Assembly (NCBI GenBank): GCA_965200315.1
Contig: OZ241362.1
Coordinates: forward strand, 1,184,001-1,248,000
Length of the DNA stretch: 64,000 bases
Source of the DNA: Candidatus Latescibacterota bacterium
Lineage (GTDB): Bacteria; Latescibacterota; UBA2968; UBA8231
Reading direction: 5' to 3'
Shown: piece by piece, positions 1 through 10,374 of the stretch
Layout: every line of letters starts with the position of its first letter
Numbering within the stretch: the stretch's first letter is position 1
Position numbers and translations under genes: made by a program
The notes under the pieces: generated by a model
The model's input: only the letters and a program-made list of their open reading frames with translations
Told to the model about the DNA's origin: nothing
The model's database searches: none

Positions 1-1072
1 CCACTTTGAGTATGGTCGTGCGGCGCTGGTGGATGGAGTTGATGAGCCAGCGGGCGTCGTTGAGATTCTTGGACACGTAGTCCTTGACCGCGTCCTCAGC
101 ATCGCCACGGGAGTTGTTGAGTAGATGCTGGTACTCAGAATTGATCTTTAAGGACGGCATGAACCCGTCGGCCAGCCACACCTCCCACTCCTCGCCAATT
201 TTTTCGATGACCAAGTCCGGCGTGATGTACGCGACCTCGGTATTCAGCGTCAAGAGCTTGTTGTAGTCGCTGCTCGCCGACAGGCCCGGATGCGGCTGTA
301 AGCGCTCGATGACCTGCAAAGCCTCTTTGAGCTTCTCGTTGGAGACGCCTAAGGCGCGGGTAATGGGCCGCACACGCCGCCGCGTCAAATCTTCTAGATG
401 GTCGCGCACCACCCGTAAGGCCAGCTTGCTGAGCGAGTCGTCGCGCTGGCTCAACTGGATCATCAGGCATTCGCGCAAGTCGCGTGCGCCAATCCCAAGC
501 GGGTCAAAAGACTGAATGACGCGCAGTACCTTTTCGACCGCAGCCACTTCCACTTGTAGATCATCGGCGATTTCGGCGAGCGAGCAACCGACGTAACCGC
601 GCTCGTCGATATTGCCGATGATGTACTCGGCGATGGCGCGCTCTTCTGGCCCCAAATCGCCAATCTCGCCTAGCTGATGGTACAAGTGCTCTAAGAGGGG
701 CGGCATGGCGGTGATGCGGTTTTCCTGTGGCTCGCGGTCGGTCTCCCAATTGGGATCGTATTCCGTGCGCTCGCTATTGTAAGCGCTCGTGTCGAACTGG
801 TCGTCCAACAGCGCGTCCCAATCGACTTCCTCCATGTCCGCGGGCAGTTCCTCCTCTTCCTTGATCCCCTCCTCCTCCCGCTCGCGCAGTTCCTCTTCCT
901 CTTCTTCGCGCAGTTCGACGGCCTCTTCGAGCAAAGGATTGAGCTCGAGCTGCTGCTTGACCTCTAGCGCCAAATCCAAGGTGGACATCTGCAACAGCCG
1001 CAGCGATTGTATGAGCTGCGGTGCCATCTTTTGTTGGAGGCGCAAGCTAGTATTTTGTTCGGGACCAATCAT
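1..1072 (-). CDS. rpoN: RNA polymerase sigma-54 factor (N-terminal part; runs off window start)
   Basis: Manual translation from ATG at 1072: MIGPEQNTSLRLQQKMAPQLIQSLRLLQMSTLDLALEVKQQLELNPLLEE, the typical RpoN region I, followed by an acidic region; lies directly downstream of lptB. Confidence 0.95.
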   Translation of the reverse strand, partial: MIGPEQNTSLRLQQKMAPQLIQSLRLLQMSTLDLALEVKQQLELNPLLEEAVELREEEEEELREREEEGIKEEEELPADMEEVDWDALLDDQFDTSAYNSERTEYDPNWETDREPQENRITAMPPLLEHLYHQLGEIGDLGPEERAIAEYIIGNIDERGYVGCSLAEIADDLQVEVAAVEKVLRVIQSFDPLGIGARDLRECLMIQLSQRDDSLSKLALRVVRDHLEDLTRRRVRPITRALGVSNEKLKEALQVIERLQPHPGLSASSDYNKLLTLNTEVAYITPDLVIEKIGEEWEVWLADGFMPSLKINSEYQHLLNNSRGDAEDAVKDYVSKNLNDARWLINSIHQRRTTILKV

Positions 1073-1182
1073 TTAATAAGTTGTTGTAAACTAATTACTT
1101 AATAAATAGTCAGCCGTCCTAATAGCGGCTGTAAAAACAAGCCTGTGCAGCGAGAAAAGTCAAGGTGCAGGCACAGGCGCAC

Positions 1183-1914
1183 CTACCGATCAACCCGCCA
1201 ACTAAAGCGCTCGCCGAGATAGATTCGCCGCACCTGCTCGTTGGCAATTAGCTCCTCGGCCGTGCCCGCCGTTAAAATTTTGCCATCCACTAGGATATAG
1301 GCGCGCTCGGCGATCTCCAAGGTCTCGCGCACGTTGTGATCGGTAATCAGTACTCCCAAGCCTCGGCCTCTTAGTTCGGCGATGATGTTTTGGATGTCTT
1401 CGACCGTGCGCGGATCAATGCCGGCAAAAGGCTCGTCGAGGAGCATGTAGTGAGGCTCGCAGGCCAAGGCCCGCGCAATCTCGACCCGGCGCGTCTCGCC
1501 GCCCGAAAGCGTGTCGGCGCGCTGATCGGCGCGTTCTAGCAAGTCCAGCTCGGTTAGCAGTTGCCGTTGGCGCGCGGCGATGTGCGCTTTGTCGACCCCT
1601 TGCGCCTCCAAGACTGCGCGGATGTTGCCGGCCACGCTCAGCTTGCGAAAAATGGATGTCTCCTGCGGCAGGTAGCCAATGCCTATCTGCGCACGGCGAT
1701 ACATGGGCAGCCCGGTGATGTCCGCACCGTCAAGCAAAATGTGCCCCCCGTCCGGCGCGGCAAAGCCGACGATGCTGTGAAAGGTCGTGGTCTTGCCCGC
1801 ACCATTGGGACCCAACAGGCCGACGACCTCCCCTCGCTCGACGCGGATGCTCACCTCGTCAACGACCGCCCGGCCTCCGTAGCGCTTGCTCAATGCGTGC
1901 GTTTCCAATGCCAC
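1183..1914 (-). CDS. lptB: LPS export ABC transporter ATP-binding protein
   Basis: GPNGAGKTT Walker A, GYLPQE, LSGGE, LLDEPFAGIDP, ITDHNVRETL; lptB-rpoN synteny; GTG start at 1914 chosen. Confidence 0.95.
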   Translation of the reverse strand: MALETHALSKRYGGRAVVDEVSIRVERGEVVGLLGPNGAGKTTTFHSIVGFAAPDGGHILLDGADITGLPMYRRAQIGIGYLPQETSIFRKLSVAGNIRAVLEAQGVDKAHIAARQRQLLTELDLLERADQRADTLSGGETRRVEIARALACEPHYMLLDEPFAGIDPRTVEDIQNIIAELRGRGLGVLITDHNVRETLEIAERAYILVDGKILTAGTAEELIANEQVRRIYLGERFSWRVDR

Positions 1915-1915
1915 C

Positions 1916-3745
1916 TTACGGCTCCTCTGCGGGCGGATAGTAACGGCCCTTGATCTCCGGCCCGACCCGCACCTCGGCCAGCGCCCCTTCGACAAAGCGA
2001 ATATCCAATTCTTCGCCGCTGACCTCGTTGACGGAGACCTCTTCGTCCTCTTGCAGCCGCGTGACCAACTCGGCTGCGCCCTTTACCAACGCCCGGCGCA
2101 ACCCCGCCGCGTCAAAGTACAGGGTCATCTGCTGCCCGCGAAAGCGATTGATCTCTTCGTTCTCAGCCCGACGATGCGTCACGCCGGCTGCGGTACTCAC
2201 TTCGACCCGCTCCAAGTCCCCGTCAGCCATAAAAACTTGTCCACCTCGGCCCTCGATCCAGCTGCGGCGTTCGCCCACCTCAATTTGGCCGCTCACTTGG
2301 CCGGGTATGGCGATCCACTCAACTTGGCTGTCCGCCAAGGTAACGACCATGGAATCGGCCATCAGGCGGCTGTGATAGTCGCGCTCGTCATCTTGCTCTT
2401 CCAACACCACGCCCTCGGCGACCAGCACCCGCGTCGAATCTGCTTCGTATGCACCGCGCATGGCCGCAACTTCCAGCCCTTTGGTGCGCAGGGCAAAACC
2501 ACCACTCCCGGCCAACCGGCCCCGCACGAGATCGAAGCGCAGCACAGGGGCGGCAAGCACGAGTTCGTGCTGGCTCAGCGAGGGCGCGCCCCGCAGCCAT
2601 CCAGCCTCCTGTTCCAAGTCGAAAAAGAGCGAATCGCCGGCGAGCGAGCCATCCAACTCGGGTGCCTTCAGGGCGATCGCGCCCTCGGCATGGACTTGGC
2701 CATCGCGCGTATAGCGGAGGGTTTGGGCCTCCATTTCTCGCTTCCCGGCGCGCAAGACCACCCCGCCCTCGGCTGTCAGCTCGCGCTCGGTACGCCAATA
2801 CGCCAACTGGTGCGCCTCAATCTGCCGCTCGCCCTGCACAAAGGTCGCCGGCTCCCCGTGGGCCTGCAATAGCGCGGCGCGGCGGTCCTCCTCTACCTCT
2901 GCGGCCCGCAACTCGGCCTCCTCCTCTCGGTAGCGGACCGCCCCTCGCGCCACCAGCCGCTGCTTTTTCGCATCCACGGCGACTTCGTCGGCTGCAAACT
3001 CCGCCAGCGAGTCGGCCCCTTCGACTCCCCCGCTAATATCAAAGCGGCGGGACTGTGGTAGAAACGAGGCGCGTGGCCCCGTCAATTGCACTCCGTCGTA
3101 GCGCACCGCGACGCTGTCGTAGGCAATCTCTTGCACCCCTTCGACGCGACGGCTCTCCTCGCGCCGGGCGCGCACCTCCACCATCACCCCATCCCGACCG
3201 CGCCAAAGCCCCTCGACAGCTTCCAAGGACCAGGCATCCACGGCGAAATTGCTCGTGAGATTGCGGCCCCACTCCCGTCCCTCGCCGACCTCCACCCGCA
3301 GCGCACCCGGAATGCGCAATTGTTCGTGTGCGCTTTCCCACAGCAGGGTATCGGCCTGTACCTCTAGGCTGTCCCCAGCGTGCAAAACCACGCCGCCAGC
3401 CAAGCCAAAGCGATCCCGCTTGTGCTCTAGCACCAAGCGCTCGGCCCGCAACGTCGAAACGGTTGTATCGGAGCGGAACGCGACCTCTACGCCGCCGGTG
3501 GCGACGACCTGCTCTGACTTGGAAAATTCGCGCAAATAAGCGGCGCGGATCTGGATGCGGTGGCCGGGACGTCCTATCTCAATGTGCGCGTCCCATGCTT
3601 CCCCATCGACTTCGGGGATCTGCAGCGGCTCTTCGGGCACTTCTCCCGCGCCACAGGCCCAAAGCATAGCCCCGCAGCACCCGGCGCGAAAAAGCCGCGC
3701 TCCCCCCGGGAAAGCGCGGCCTTCTGAAACGATTGTACCGCCCAC
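1916..3745 (-). CDS. Long LptC/LptA(OstA)-like beta-jellyroll repeat protein, probable lipoprotein
   Basis: Upstream of lptB; LWAC lipobox-like motif; LptC-like 'DTLLWES..EQL..PG...GRNLTSNF' then repeated 'A.G.V.L...A....Y' OstA-like units; start uncertain. Confidence 0.7.
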   Translation of the reverse strand: MGGTIVSEGRAFPGGARLFRAGCCGAMLWACGAGEVPEEPLQIPEVDGEAWDAHIEIGRPGHRIQIRAAYLREFSKSEQVVATGGVEVAFRSDTTVSTLRAERLVLEHKRDRFGLAGGVVLHAGDSLEVQADTLLWESAHEQLRIPGALRVEVGEGREWGRNLTSNFAVDAWSLEAVEGLWRGRDGVMVEVRARREESRRVEGVQEIAYDSVAVRYDGVQLTGPRASFLPQSRRFDISGGVEGADSLAEFAADEVAVDAKKQRLVARGAVRYREEEAELRAAEVEEDRRAALLQAHGEPATFVQGERQIEAHQLAYWRTERELTAEGGVVLRAGKREMEAQTLRYTRDGQVHAEGAIALKAPELDGSLAGDSLFFDLEQEAGWLRGAPSLSQHELVLAAPVLRFDLVRGRLAGSGGFALRTKGLEVAAMRGAYEADSTRVLVAEGVVLEEQDDERDYHSRLMADSMVVTLADSQVEWIAIPGQVSGQIEVGERRSWIEGRGGQVFMADGDLERVEVSTAAGVTHRRAENEEINRFRGQQMTLYFDAAGLRRALVKGAAELVTRLQEDEEVSVNEVSGEELDIRFVEGALAEVRVGPEIKGRYYPPAEEP

Positions 3746-3749
3746 CGAA

Positions 3750-5612
3750 CTAGGAGGCTGCCGCCTGCCTCTCCTCATGACTTGCAACCTCTTGTTGGTA
3801 AGCCAGCGCGGCCTCGACAAACCCGGCAAACAAGGGCGAGGGATTGTCCATCCGCGACTTAAACTCGGGATGGGCTTGGGTGGCGATGAAGAAGCGGTGC
3901 TCCGGCAACTCGATAAACTCCATCAAGCGAGTGCCGTCCACGCGACGGTGATACCCAGCAAAGACCAGCCCCTCCTCCTCGAGCAGTTCGACGAAGCGGG
4001 GCGAGACCTCGTAGCGATGGCGGTGGCGCTCTAGGGCAACTTTGTCGCGCTCCAGCATGACCAAGCCAACGCGGAACGCTTGGCCGGGATTGGCCAACAG
4101 TTGTTGGATGCGGCGGGCGTCTTCGTCGAGGCGACCCGACTCTTCGTAAATCTGGAGGACGCGGCTGTCGCTTTTGAACACCGCGGCATACGCGCCCAAG
4201 CGCATGCTGCCACCGTAGCGGTTTTCTTCTAGCGCGCTCTTTTGCTCGGCGTCTTGGACGCAGATGACCTTCCACTCGGAATCCGCGTCGAACTCTTCGG
4301 AAGTAGCCTCGGCGATCCCGGCAACATTGCGGGCGTATTCGATCACGGAAAGCTGCAAGCCATAGCACAGGCCCAAATAGGGGATGTTGTGCTCGCGGGC
4401 ATAGCGAATGGCCGCAATCACGCCTTCAGCTCCTCCCGCCCCAAAGGCCCCGGGGACGATAACGCCATCGAATGCGTCGAGAGCTGCTAGCTCCATTTCG
4501 CCGCGCTCAAACTGATGGCCGTCAATCCAAGTAATCTCGACCCGCGCATCCGACGCTACGCCAGCGTGTATCAGCGATTGGTTGACCGAAATGTACGAGT
4601 CCGTGAGCTGAAAGTCGCCCGTGGCCACGTATTTGCCGACCATGGCCACGCGGACACACTGCCGAGGATGCCGACTGCGCTTGACCAATTCCAGCCAAGG
4701 CCGCCAGTCTGGAGTCTTCTTGGGCACGCAGCCGACCCGGTTGAGGATCTTCTCGCCGAGCCGCTCTTTTTCCAAAACCAGCGGGATATTGTAGATCGTC
4801 TCCGAGTCCGGGGCCGAAATGATGTGGTCGTAGGGCACGTTGGCACCGATCTGGATCTTTTTCTTGCGCACCTCGTCGGTGGCGGTCTCGGCGCGACAGA
4901 CGATGAAGTCGGGGAAAATGCCGTGCTCGCTGAGCATGCGAATGGCCTGCTGAGTGGGCTTGGTCTTCATTTCGCCGACGTGTGGCGGTATGGGCAGATA
5001 GGTGATGAGCAGGTGTGCAAAGTGCTCCTCACCCAAGTCTCGCTCCAAGGTCTTTACGGCAAAGAGGAACGGCTCATTTTCGTAGTCGCCGACAATGCCG
5101 CCGATCTCGACCAACACGATGTCGTAGCCCGCGCCCGCCTCTTGCAAGCGGCGGGTGATCTCGTCTGTAATGTGCGGGATCGGCTGTACGGTCTCGCCGA
5201 GGTACTCGCCGCGGCGCTCGCGCTCGATTACTGTGAGGTAAATCTGCCCGGTGGTCAGGTTGTTGGAACGCGGCAGATCCAACCCCAAGAAGCGCTCGTA
5301 GTTGCCCAAATCCTGATCGATTTCGCCGCCGTCGTCCGTTACCCATACCTCGCCGTGCTCGGTGGGCCGCATGGTGCCGGCGTCGTAGTTGATATACGGA
5401 TCAATTTTGACGGCCGTGGTGCTGTAGCCGTATTGCTGCAGGATCTTGCCGATGGAAGCGGTGGTCAAGCCCTTGCCCACGCCGCTTATCACGCCGCCGG
5501 TCACAACGACGTATTTGGGGCCTTTGTATTCTCTGGCCACGTTGTGCGCTCCTTCGAGCTGCTCAAACAAAGAAGCGGCGACAGTGCCCTGCCTCCGCTT
5601 CTCAATAGTCAA
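3750..5612 (-). CDS. pyrG: CTP synthase
   Basis: VTGGVISGVGKG, KIDPYIN, EHGEV, KTKPTQ, GLCYGLQ, ERHRHRYE, QAHPEF motifs. Confidence 0.95.
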   Translation of the reverse strand: MTIEKRRQGTVAASLFEQLEGAHNVAREYKGPKYVVVTGGVISGVGKGLTTASIGKILQQYGYSTTAVKIDPYINYDAGTMRPTEHGEVWVTDDGGEIDQDLGNYERFLGLDLPRSNNLTTGQIYLTVIERERRGEYLGETVQPIPHITDEITRRLQEAGAGYDIVLVEIGGIVGDYENEPFLFAVKTLERDLGEEHFAHLLITYLPIPPHVGEMKTKPTQQAIRMLSEHGIFPDFIVCRAETATDEVRKKKIQIGANVPYDHIISAPDSETIYNIPLVLEKERLGEKILNRVGCVPKKTPDWRPWLELVKRSRHPRQCVRVAMVGKYVATGDFQLTDSYISVNQSLIHAGVASDARVEITWIDGHQFERGEMELAALDAFDGVIVPGAFGAGGAEGVIAAIRYAREHNIPYLGLCYGLQLSVIEYARNVAGIAEATSEEFDADSEWKVICVQDAEQKSALEENRYGGSMRLGAYAAVFKSDSRVLQIYEESGRLDEDARRIQQLLANPGQAFRVGLVMLERDKVALERHRHRYEVSPRFVELLEEEGLVFAGYHRRVDGTRLMEFIELPEHRFFIATQAHPEFKSRMDNPSPLFAGFVEAALAYQQEVASHEERQAAAS

Positions 5613-5896
5613 TCGATGATTCTCGGAACTTTGAAGTAATCCTCTTGTCGCTGCGGGGCCGCCGCGACGATCTCAGCCGCTGGGGGAAAGGGTGCTGCCT
5701 CGTCGCGGCGAAACGCGTTGGCGAGGGACAGCACGTGGGACGTTGGCTCTACGCCGGTGGTGTCTAGCTCGTTGAGCGTGTCCATGTAGCGCAAGATGCG
5801 GTTGAGTTCTCCGACCAGCCTTTCTTCCTCTGCGGGCGAAAAGCGCAACCGCGCTAACTCGGCGACCCCGTGGACCTCTTCTATAGTAACCGCCAT
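5609..5896 (-). CDS. gatC: Asp/Glu-tRNA amidotransferase subunit C
   Basis: VAELARL...LNELDTTGVEPT...FRRD...YFKVPRII, 95 aa. Confidence 0.93.
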   Translation of the reverse strand: MAVTIEEVHGVAELARLRFSPAEEERLVGELNRILRYMDTLNELDTTGVEPTSHVLSLANAFRRDEAAPFPPAAEIVAAAPQRQEDYFKVPRIID

Positions 5897-6074
5897 AGGT
5901 GAATTTCAAACGTAAAATAAAAAAACGGGGCTGGCTGCGCCGGCCCCTTCCAAGTCGCAAAACAGTGTTAAATATCACGCATCGCCAAAAGCAGCGCAAG
6001 GGCTTGTAGCGCCGTATCTCAATGTCTATACTTTGCCGCATGGCAAGCAAGCGACGCTCATCCTACAAAGTCCC

Positions 6075-6563
6075 ATGACGCGCAAGGCATTTACCATTGA
6101 AGAGGCCAACTCCAAACTGCCTCAGCTAGAAGACGTGCTCCAGAGCATAGAGGTCAAGAAGGGGGCTGTCCGCTACCACGACCAGCAGTTGCAAATTCTC
6201 GACGCGCTCTGGGGCCAAGCAATCACCCGCAGCACCAACCCCGACCGCGATGCCTTCGACCAGCACCGTAGCCGCATCAACGACCTAATCATCGACATCA
6301 AGCGCATCGTCGCCGAAGAAATCATCTCCGAAGGCATCCGCTTCCCGGTCGGTGGCCTCGAACGCGGCCTCCTCGACTTCCCCACCACCTACCAAGGCCG
6401 CTGGGTGCTGTTGTGCTGGCAGCGCGGCGAACCCCAGGTCGCCTATTGGCACGAACTGAACGCCGGATACGCCGGTCGTCAGGAGATCACCGCCGAGCAC
6501 ATCATTGCCATGGGCAAGGAAGACGACCCCGCCACGGTCGATGATTCGGCGCTGGACTTCTGA
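6075..6563 (+). CDS. DUF2203 family protein
   Basis: FTIEEAN...GLLDFP...VLLCWQRGEPQVAYWHELNAGYAGRQ pattern. Confidence 0.8.
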   Translation: MTRKAFTIEEANSKLPQLEDVLQSIEVKKGAVRYHDQQLQILDALWGQAITRSTNPDRDAFDQHRSRINDLIIDIKRIVAEEIISEGIRFPVGGLERGLLDFPTTYQGRWVLLCWQRGEPQVAYWHELNAGYAGRQEITAEHIIAMGKEDDPATVDDSALDF

Positions 6564-6712
6564 GTGCGGCAATTGCCTTGACAGCGTTTCTCGTTTTTGA
6601 GTACTTAAAGATGGCTTTCCCCTGAGCCATCATCCGCTCCCCTAGCATCGCCCACTCTTCACCTTCTCCCCCAGCGGAGCGCCCCTCCCCAGCGCCCAGC
6701 AGGAGCTAGACC

Positions 6713-9700
6713 GTGCGCCTCAATCAACTTGAGATTTTCGGTTTTAAGTCCTTCGCCCAAAAGATCGTCATTCCCTTTGAACCGGGCATCACCGCCATAG
6801 TTGGCCCCAATGGCTGCGGCAAGTCCAATGTGGTGGAGGCCATCCGCTGGGTCTTGGGCGAACAGCGCGCCGGCACGTTCCGCAGCCAGCGCATGGAGGA
6901 TGTGATATTTGCCGGCACTCGCCATCGCAAGGCCCTCGGGATGGCCGAAGTCGCGTTGGCAATTGAAAACCGCGATAGTGCGCTGCCCGTCGAATTCGCC
7001 GAGGTCGTGCTAACTCGGCGTCTTTTTCGCTCTGGCGAAAGCGATTACCTGCTCAACAAGATCCCCTGCCGCCTCCTAGACATTACCAACCTGCTCATGG
7101 ATACCGGCTTGGGCCAAGGCGCTTATGCGGTGATGGAGCAGGGCATGGTCGATGAAATCATCAGCGACAAGACCGAGAACCGTCGCCGCATTCTCGAAGA
7201 GGCCGCCGGCATCACCAAGTACAAGGTTCGCCGGCGCTCCACGCGGAACCGCCTAGAAGCCACCCAAGCTGATCTACAGCGGATTGAAGACATCATCGCC
7301 GAGGTCAAACGCCAAGTTGACTACCTCGGTCGCCAAGTGGGGCGGGCGCGGCGTTACCGCGAACTCAAAGGGGAATTGGACCAGCTCGACGTGCGCTTGG
7401 GTCGCCAGCGCTTCTTCGCCCTCAGTGCCCAAATCGCCCCCCTGCAAGACGAATTCGCCGCACTCAGCAAGGCGGCCGAAGAAGGCTATACCCGCTTCAC
7501 CAGCCGCGAGGCCGAGCTCGAAAAGGCGCGTCTCGCGCTGACCGAGGCCGAGAAGGCCATGCAGGAAGCGGGCCTTGAACTCAATCGCCGCATCGAAGCC
7601 ATCCACGAGCGCGAACAACGCCTCGTAGCCGTGCGCGAGCGGCGCGAGGCAGCCGAACAAATCCGCAAACGCACGGCCCGCGAGCACGCTGATTACAGCA
7701 GCCAGCTCAAAGCTGTGCAGCAACAGTGCCGCGACAATACCTCTCACCGCGACGAAGCACACACGACTTTTGTGCAAATAGAGCGAGAATTACAGGCGCA
7801 CCAACAGCGCGCCGCCCAAGCCGAAGAGGAATACGGCAGCTACCGAACGGAGCTAGACCAACGCCAGCGCCAGCGCATGGAGTACCTGCGCCAAGGAAGC
7901 GAAATAAGCCGTGCGCTCGAGCGCCAACAGGCCGAGCGCGACGCGCTCGACGAACGCGCCGTTGCCATGCGCGGCGAAGAAGACGCGGCCACAGTCGAAC
8001 GCGAGCAAGCCCGGCAAGCGGCCGGCGAGGCCGAAGCCGCCCTCGCCGAAATTCGGCAGCAGCTATCCATCTGCCAACAACAACGCACCACAGCCCGCGC
8101 CGACCGCGACCAAACCGAAAAGGACCTCCGCGACCTCGGCGCACAACGCGATGCGGCCCGGCGTGCCGCTGAGGCCAACCAAGCGCGGCTCCAAGCCCTC
8201 GAAAAAGTCCGTGCCAACTACGAAGGCTATCAGAGCGGAGTCCGCACTTTGATGCTCGAATCGCCCCACGCCGCCCTCTTCCGCGGTGTGCTAGGCGACC
8301 TAGTGGAAGTTGAAGCCGGATATGCCCGCACGGTCGAGGTCGCCCTCGGCGAGGCACTCCAAGCATTGATCGCCGACTCAGACAGCGGCCTGCTCAAAGG
8401 AATTGCCCATCTTCGAGATCGTTCCGGGCGCGTCGGCATTCTCTCGCTAGAGGCTCCCCCGCGCACCCTCGGCCCGGTCTTGGACCCAGTTCCTATGCCC
8501 GGGCTCCGCGGCCCGCTGCTGGCCTACGTGCGGTCCGAAGCCTCCATCGCCCCCCTAATCGCCGGCCTCTTGCACAACACCTTTCTAGTGGACGACCTGC
8601 AAACCGCATTGGCCCTGACGCGCCGCTATCCGAGTGCCTACGTGCGCTGCGTCACGGCCGACGGCGACGCCGTCGATCTCTTTGGCCTCGCGTCGGGCGG
8701 CCAGAGCCAAGCCGAGGATTCAGGCGTCCTCGGCCGCGGGCGAGAAATCCGCACCCTGCGCTCGCTCGTCGCCCACCAAAACGCCCGCTACGCAGCCCTT
8801 GGCCCCCGGCTCGACGCACGCGCAGGGCAACTCCACGCGCTCGCGCAATGCCTAGAAAACCTAGCCGCCGAGAGCGAAACTTGGCGTACCAAGGAGCGCG
8901 AACAGGTCCACCAGCACCAGCGTGCCGACGCTGACGCCGAGCGGCTCGCCACGCGCCTCAAGCAACTCCACAGCGAAAGTTCCCGCTTGGCCACGCGCCG
9001 CCAAGCCCTCGACCAAAGCATCGCCGAGCAAGCCGAGCACCTGCGCCACAACGAGGCCGAGAGCACCCGCCTCAGCGAGAAAAGCAGCTCCTTAGAAGAG
9101 GATCTCAAACAGAGCGAAACCCGCCGGCGAGAGCGGCGCGAAGCACTGAGCACCCTCCAAGTGGAACACGCCCGCACTGCCGAAATAGTCCAAGGACTAG
9201 AGAGAGACGCCACCCGCCTGAAAAACATTGACGAGAACCTGCACAATAACATTGAGCGACTAGCGGCTGAAGGAGTCGCGGCCGAGCGCCAACAGGCCGA
9301 GTGCAGTGCGCACTGCACGGCCTTGGCGGACGAACTCAAAGGACTGCATCAAGGCCGTGAGACCTTGGCTGCCGAGCAAGATCAGCGCCGCCAACACTGG
9401 GCCGCGGCCAATACCCAAAACCGCGAGTTGCAGGAAAACATCAGCCGTTTGCAGCGGCAGCTCAACGAGCAGCGCGAGCGCCGCACGAGCCTCGAAGTGT
9501 GCATCTCCGAGTTGAAGCTACAGACCCAGCACATTCGCGAGCGCTTGCAGGAGGAGTATCACTGCGATGTCGCGGCCCTAGGCCCCCTCAACGAAATCAT
9601 CGACGAGGAAGCGGCGCAACAGCGCATTGACCAGTTGCGGCGGTCCCTACACCGCTTGGGTTCAGTACACTTAGGCGTCTTGGAAGAACACCAAGAGCAA

Positions 9701-10276
9701 AAGGAGCGCTACGATTTTCTCCGCCAACAGCGCGACGACCTAGTCATCGCCGCCGAGGACCTAAAGAAGACCCTCAGCCTGATCGACCGCACAGCGCGGC
9801 GGATGTTTCTCAAGTCTTTCGATCAGATCCGCGAGACGTTCAAAGGGGCCTTTGTCCGCTTCTTCCCCGGGGGCGAAGCCGACCTCCGTCTCGAGGAAAA
9901 CGTCGACGCCTTAGAGGCTCACATCGACATCATCGCCCGTCCCCGCGGCAAGCGCCTGCAAAACATTGCCCTGCTGTCGGGCGGCGAGCGGGCGCTGACG
10001 GCCATTGCACTGCTCTTTGCCATCTACCAAGTCAAGCCCAGCCCGTTCTGCATCCTCGACGAGGTCGATGCCCCGCTCGACGACGCCAACATCAATCGCT
10101 TCGTGCGCGTACTCAAGGAATTTGCGAGGGAGACGCAATTCGTCGTCGTGACTCACAACAAGATCACCATGGCAGCAGCCGACGCTCTGCACGGCGTCAC
10201 CATGCCCGAGGAAGGGGTTTCTCAGCTTGTTTCAGTGCGGGTCGAGGGCGAGGAATTGGAAGCCGCGGCGGGCTAA
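6713..10276 (+). CDS. smc: Chromosome segregation protein SMC
   Basis: GFKSFA, GPNGCGKSN, coiled coils, hinge, LSGGERAL, PFCILDEVDAPLD; 1187 aa. Confidence 0.97.
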   Translation: MRLNQLEIFGFKSFAQKIVIPFEPGITAIVGPNGCGKSNVVEAIRWVLGEQRAGTFRSQRMEDVIFAGTRHRKALGMAEVALAIENRDSALPVEFAEVVLTRRLFRSGESDYLLNKIPCRLLDITNLLMDTGLGQGAYAVMEQGMVDEIISDKTENRRRILEEAAGITKYKVRRRSTRNRLEATQADLQRIEDIIAEVKRQVDYLGRQVGRARRYRELKGELDQLDVRLGRQRFFALSAQIAPLQDEFAALSKAAEEGYTRFTSREAELEKARLALTEAEKAMQEAGLELNRRIEAIHEREQRLVAVRERREAAEQIRKRTAREHADYSSQLKAVQQQCRDNTSHRDEAHTTFVQIERELQAHQQRAAQAEEEYGSYRTELDQRQRQRMEYLRQGSEISRALERQQAERDALDERAVAMRGEEDAATVEREQARQAAGEAEAALAEIRQQLSICQQQRTTARADRDQTEKDLRDLGAQRDAARRAAEANQARLQALEKVRANYEGYQSGVRTLMLESPHAALFRGVLGDLVEVEAGYARTVEVALGEALQALIADSDSGLLKGIAHLRDRSGRVGILSLEAPPRTLGPVLDPVPMPGLRGPLLAYVRSEASIAPLIAGLLHNTFLVDDLQTALALTRRYPSAYVRCVTADGDAVDLFGLASGGQSQAEDSGVLGRGREIRTLRSLVAHQNARYAALGPRLDARAGQLHALAQCLENLAAESETWRTKEREQVHQHQRADADAERLATRLKQLHSESSRLATRRQALDQSIAEQAEHLRHNEAESTRLSEKSSSLEEDLKQSETRRRERREALSTLQVEHARTAEIVQGLERDATRLKNIDENLHNNIERLAAEGVAAERQQAECSAHCTALADELKGLHQGRETLAAEQDQRRQHWAAANTQNRELQENISRLQRQLNEQRERRTSLEVCISELKLQTQHIRERLQEEYHCDVAALGPLNEIIDEEAAQQRIDQLRRSLHRLGSVHLGVLEEHQEQKERYDFLRQQRDDLVIAAEDLKKTLSLIDRTARRMFLKSFDQIRETFKGAFVRFFPGGEADLRLEENVDALEAHIDIIARPRGKRLQNIALLSGGERALTAIALLFAIYQVKPSPFCILDEVDAPLDDANINRFVRVLKEFARETQFVVVTHNKITMAAADALHGVTMPEEGVSQLVSVRVEGEELEAAAG

Positions 10277-10374
10277 GGGGTTTAGCAGCTCAGGAGTGCG
10301 TAATATCAGTTATCTAGGTTCTATATATAGAGGGTCCATTCGCATCGTGGCCGCTCGCAGGCGTAGGGGGCTAA

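Noticed and set aside
4515-5639. Long antisense ORFs (also 1886..2872, 27722..28600, 57723..58598)
   Set aside because: Shadow frames of well-supported genes, expected in GC-rich DNA
6713-10276. SMC as a Wadjet/Lamassu-type defence ATPase
   Set aside because: Canonical hinge-containing housekeeping SMC; no defence partner genes adjacent
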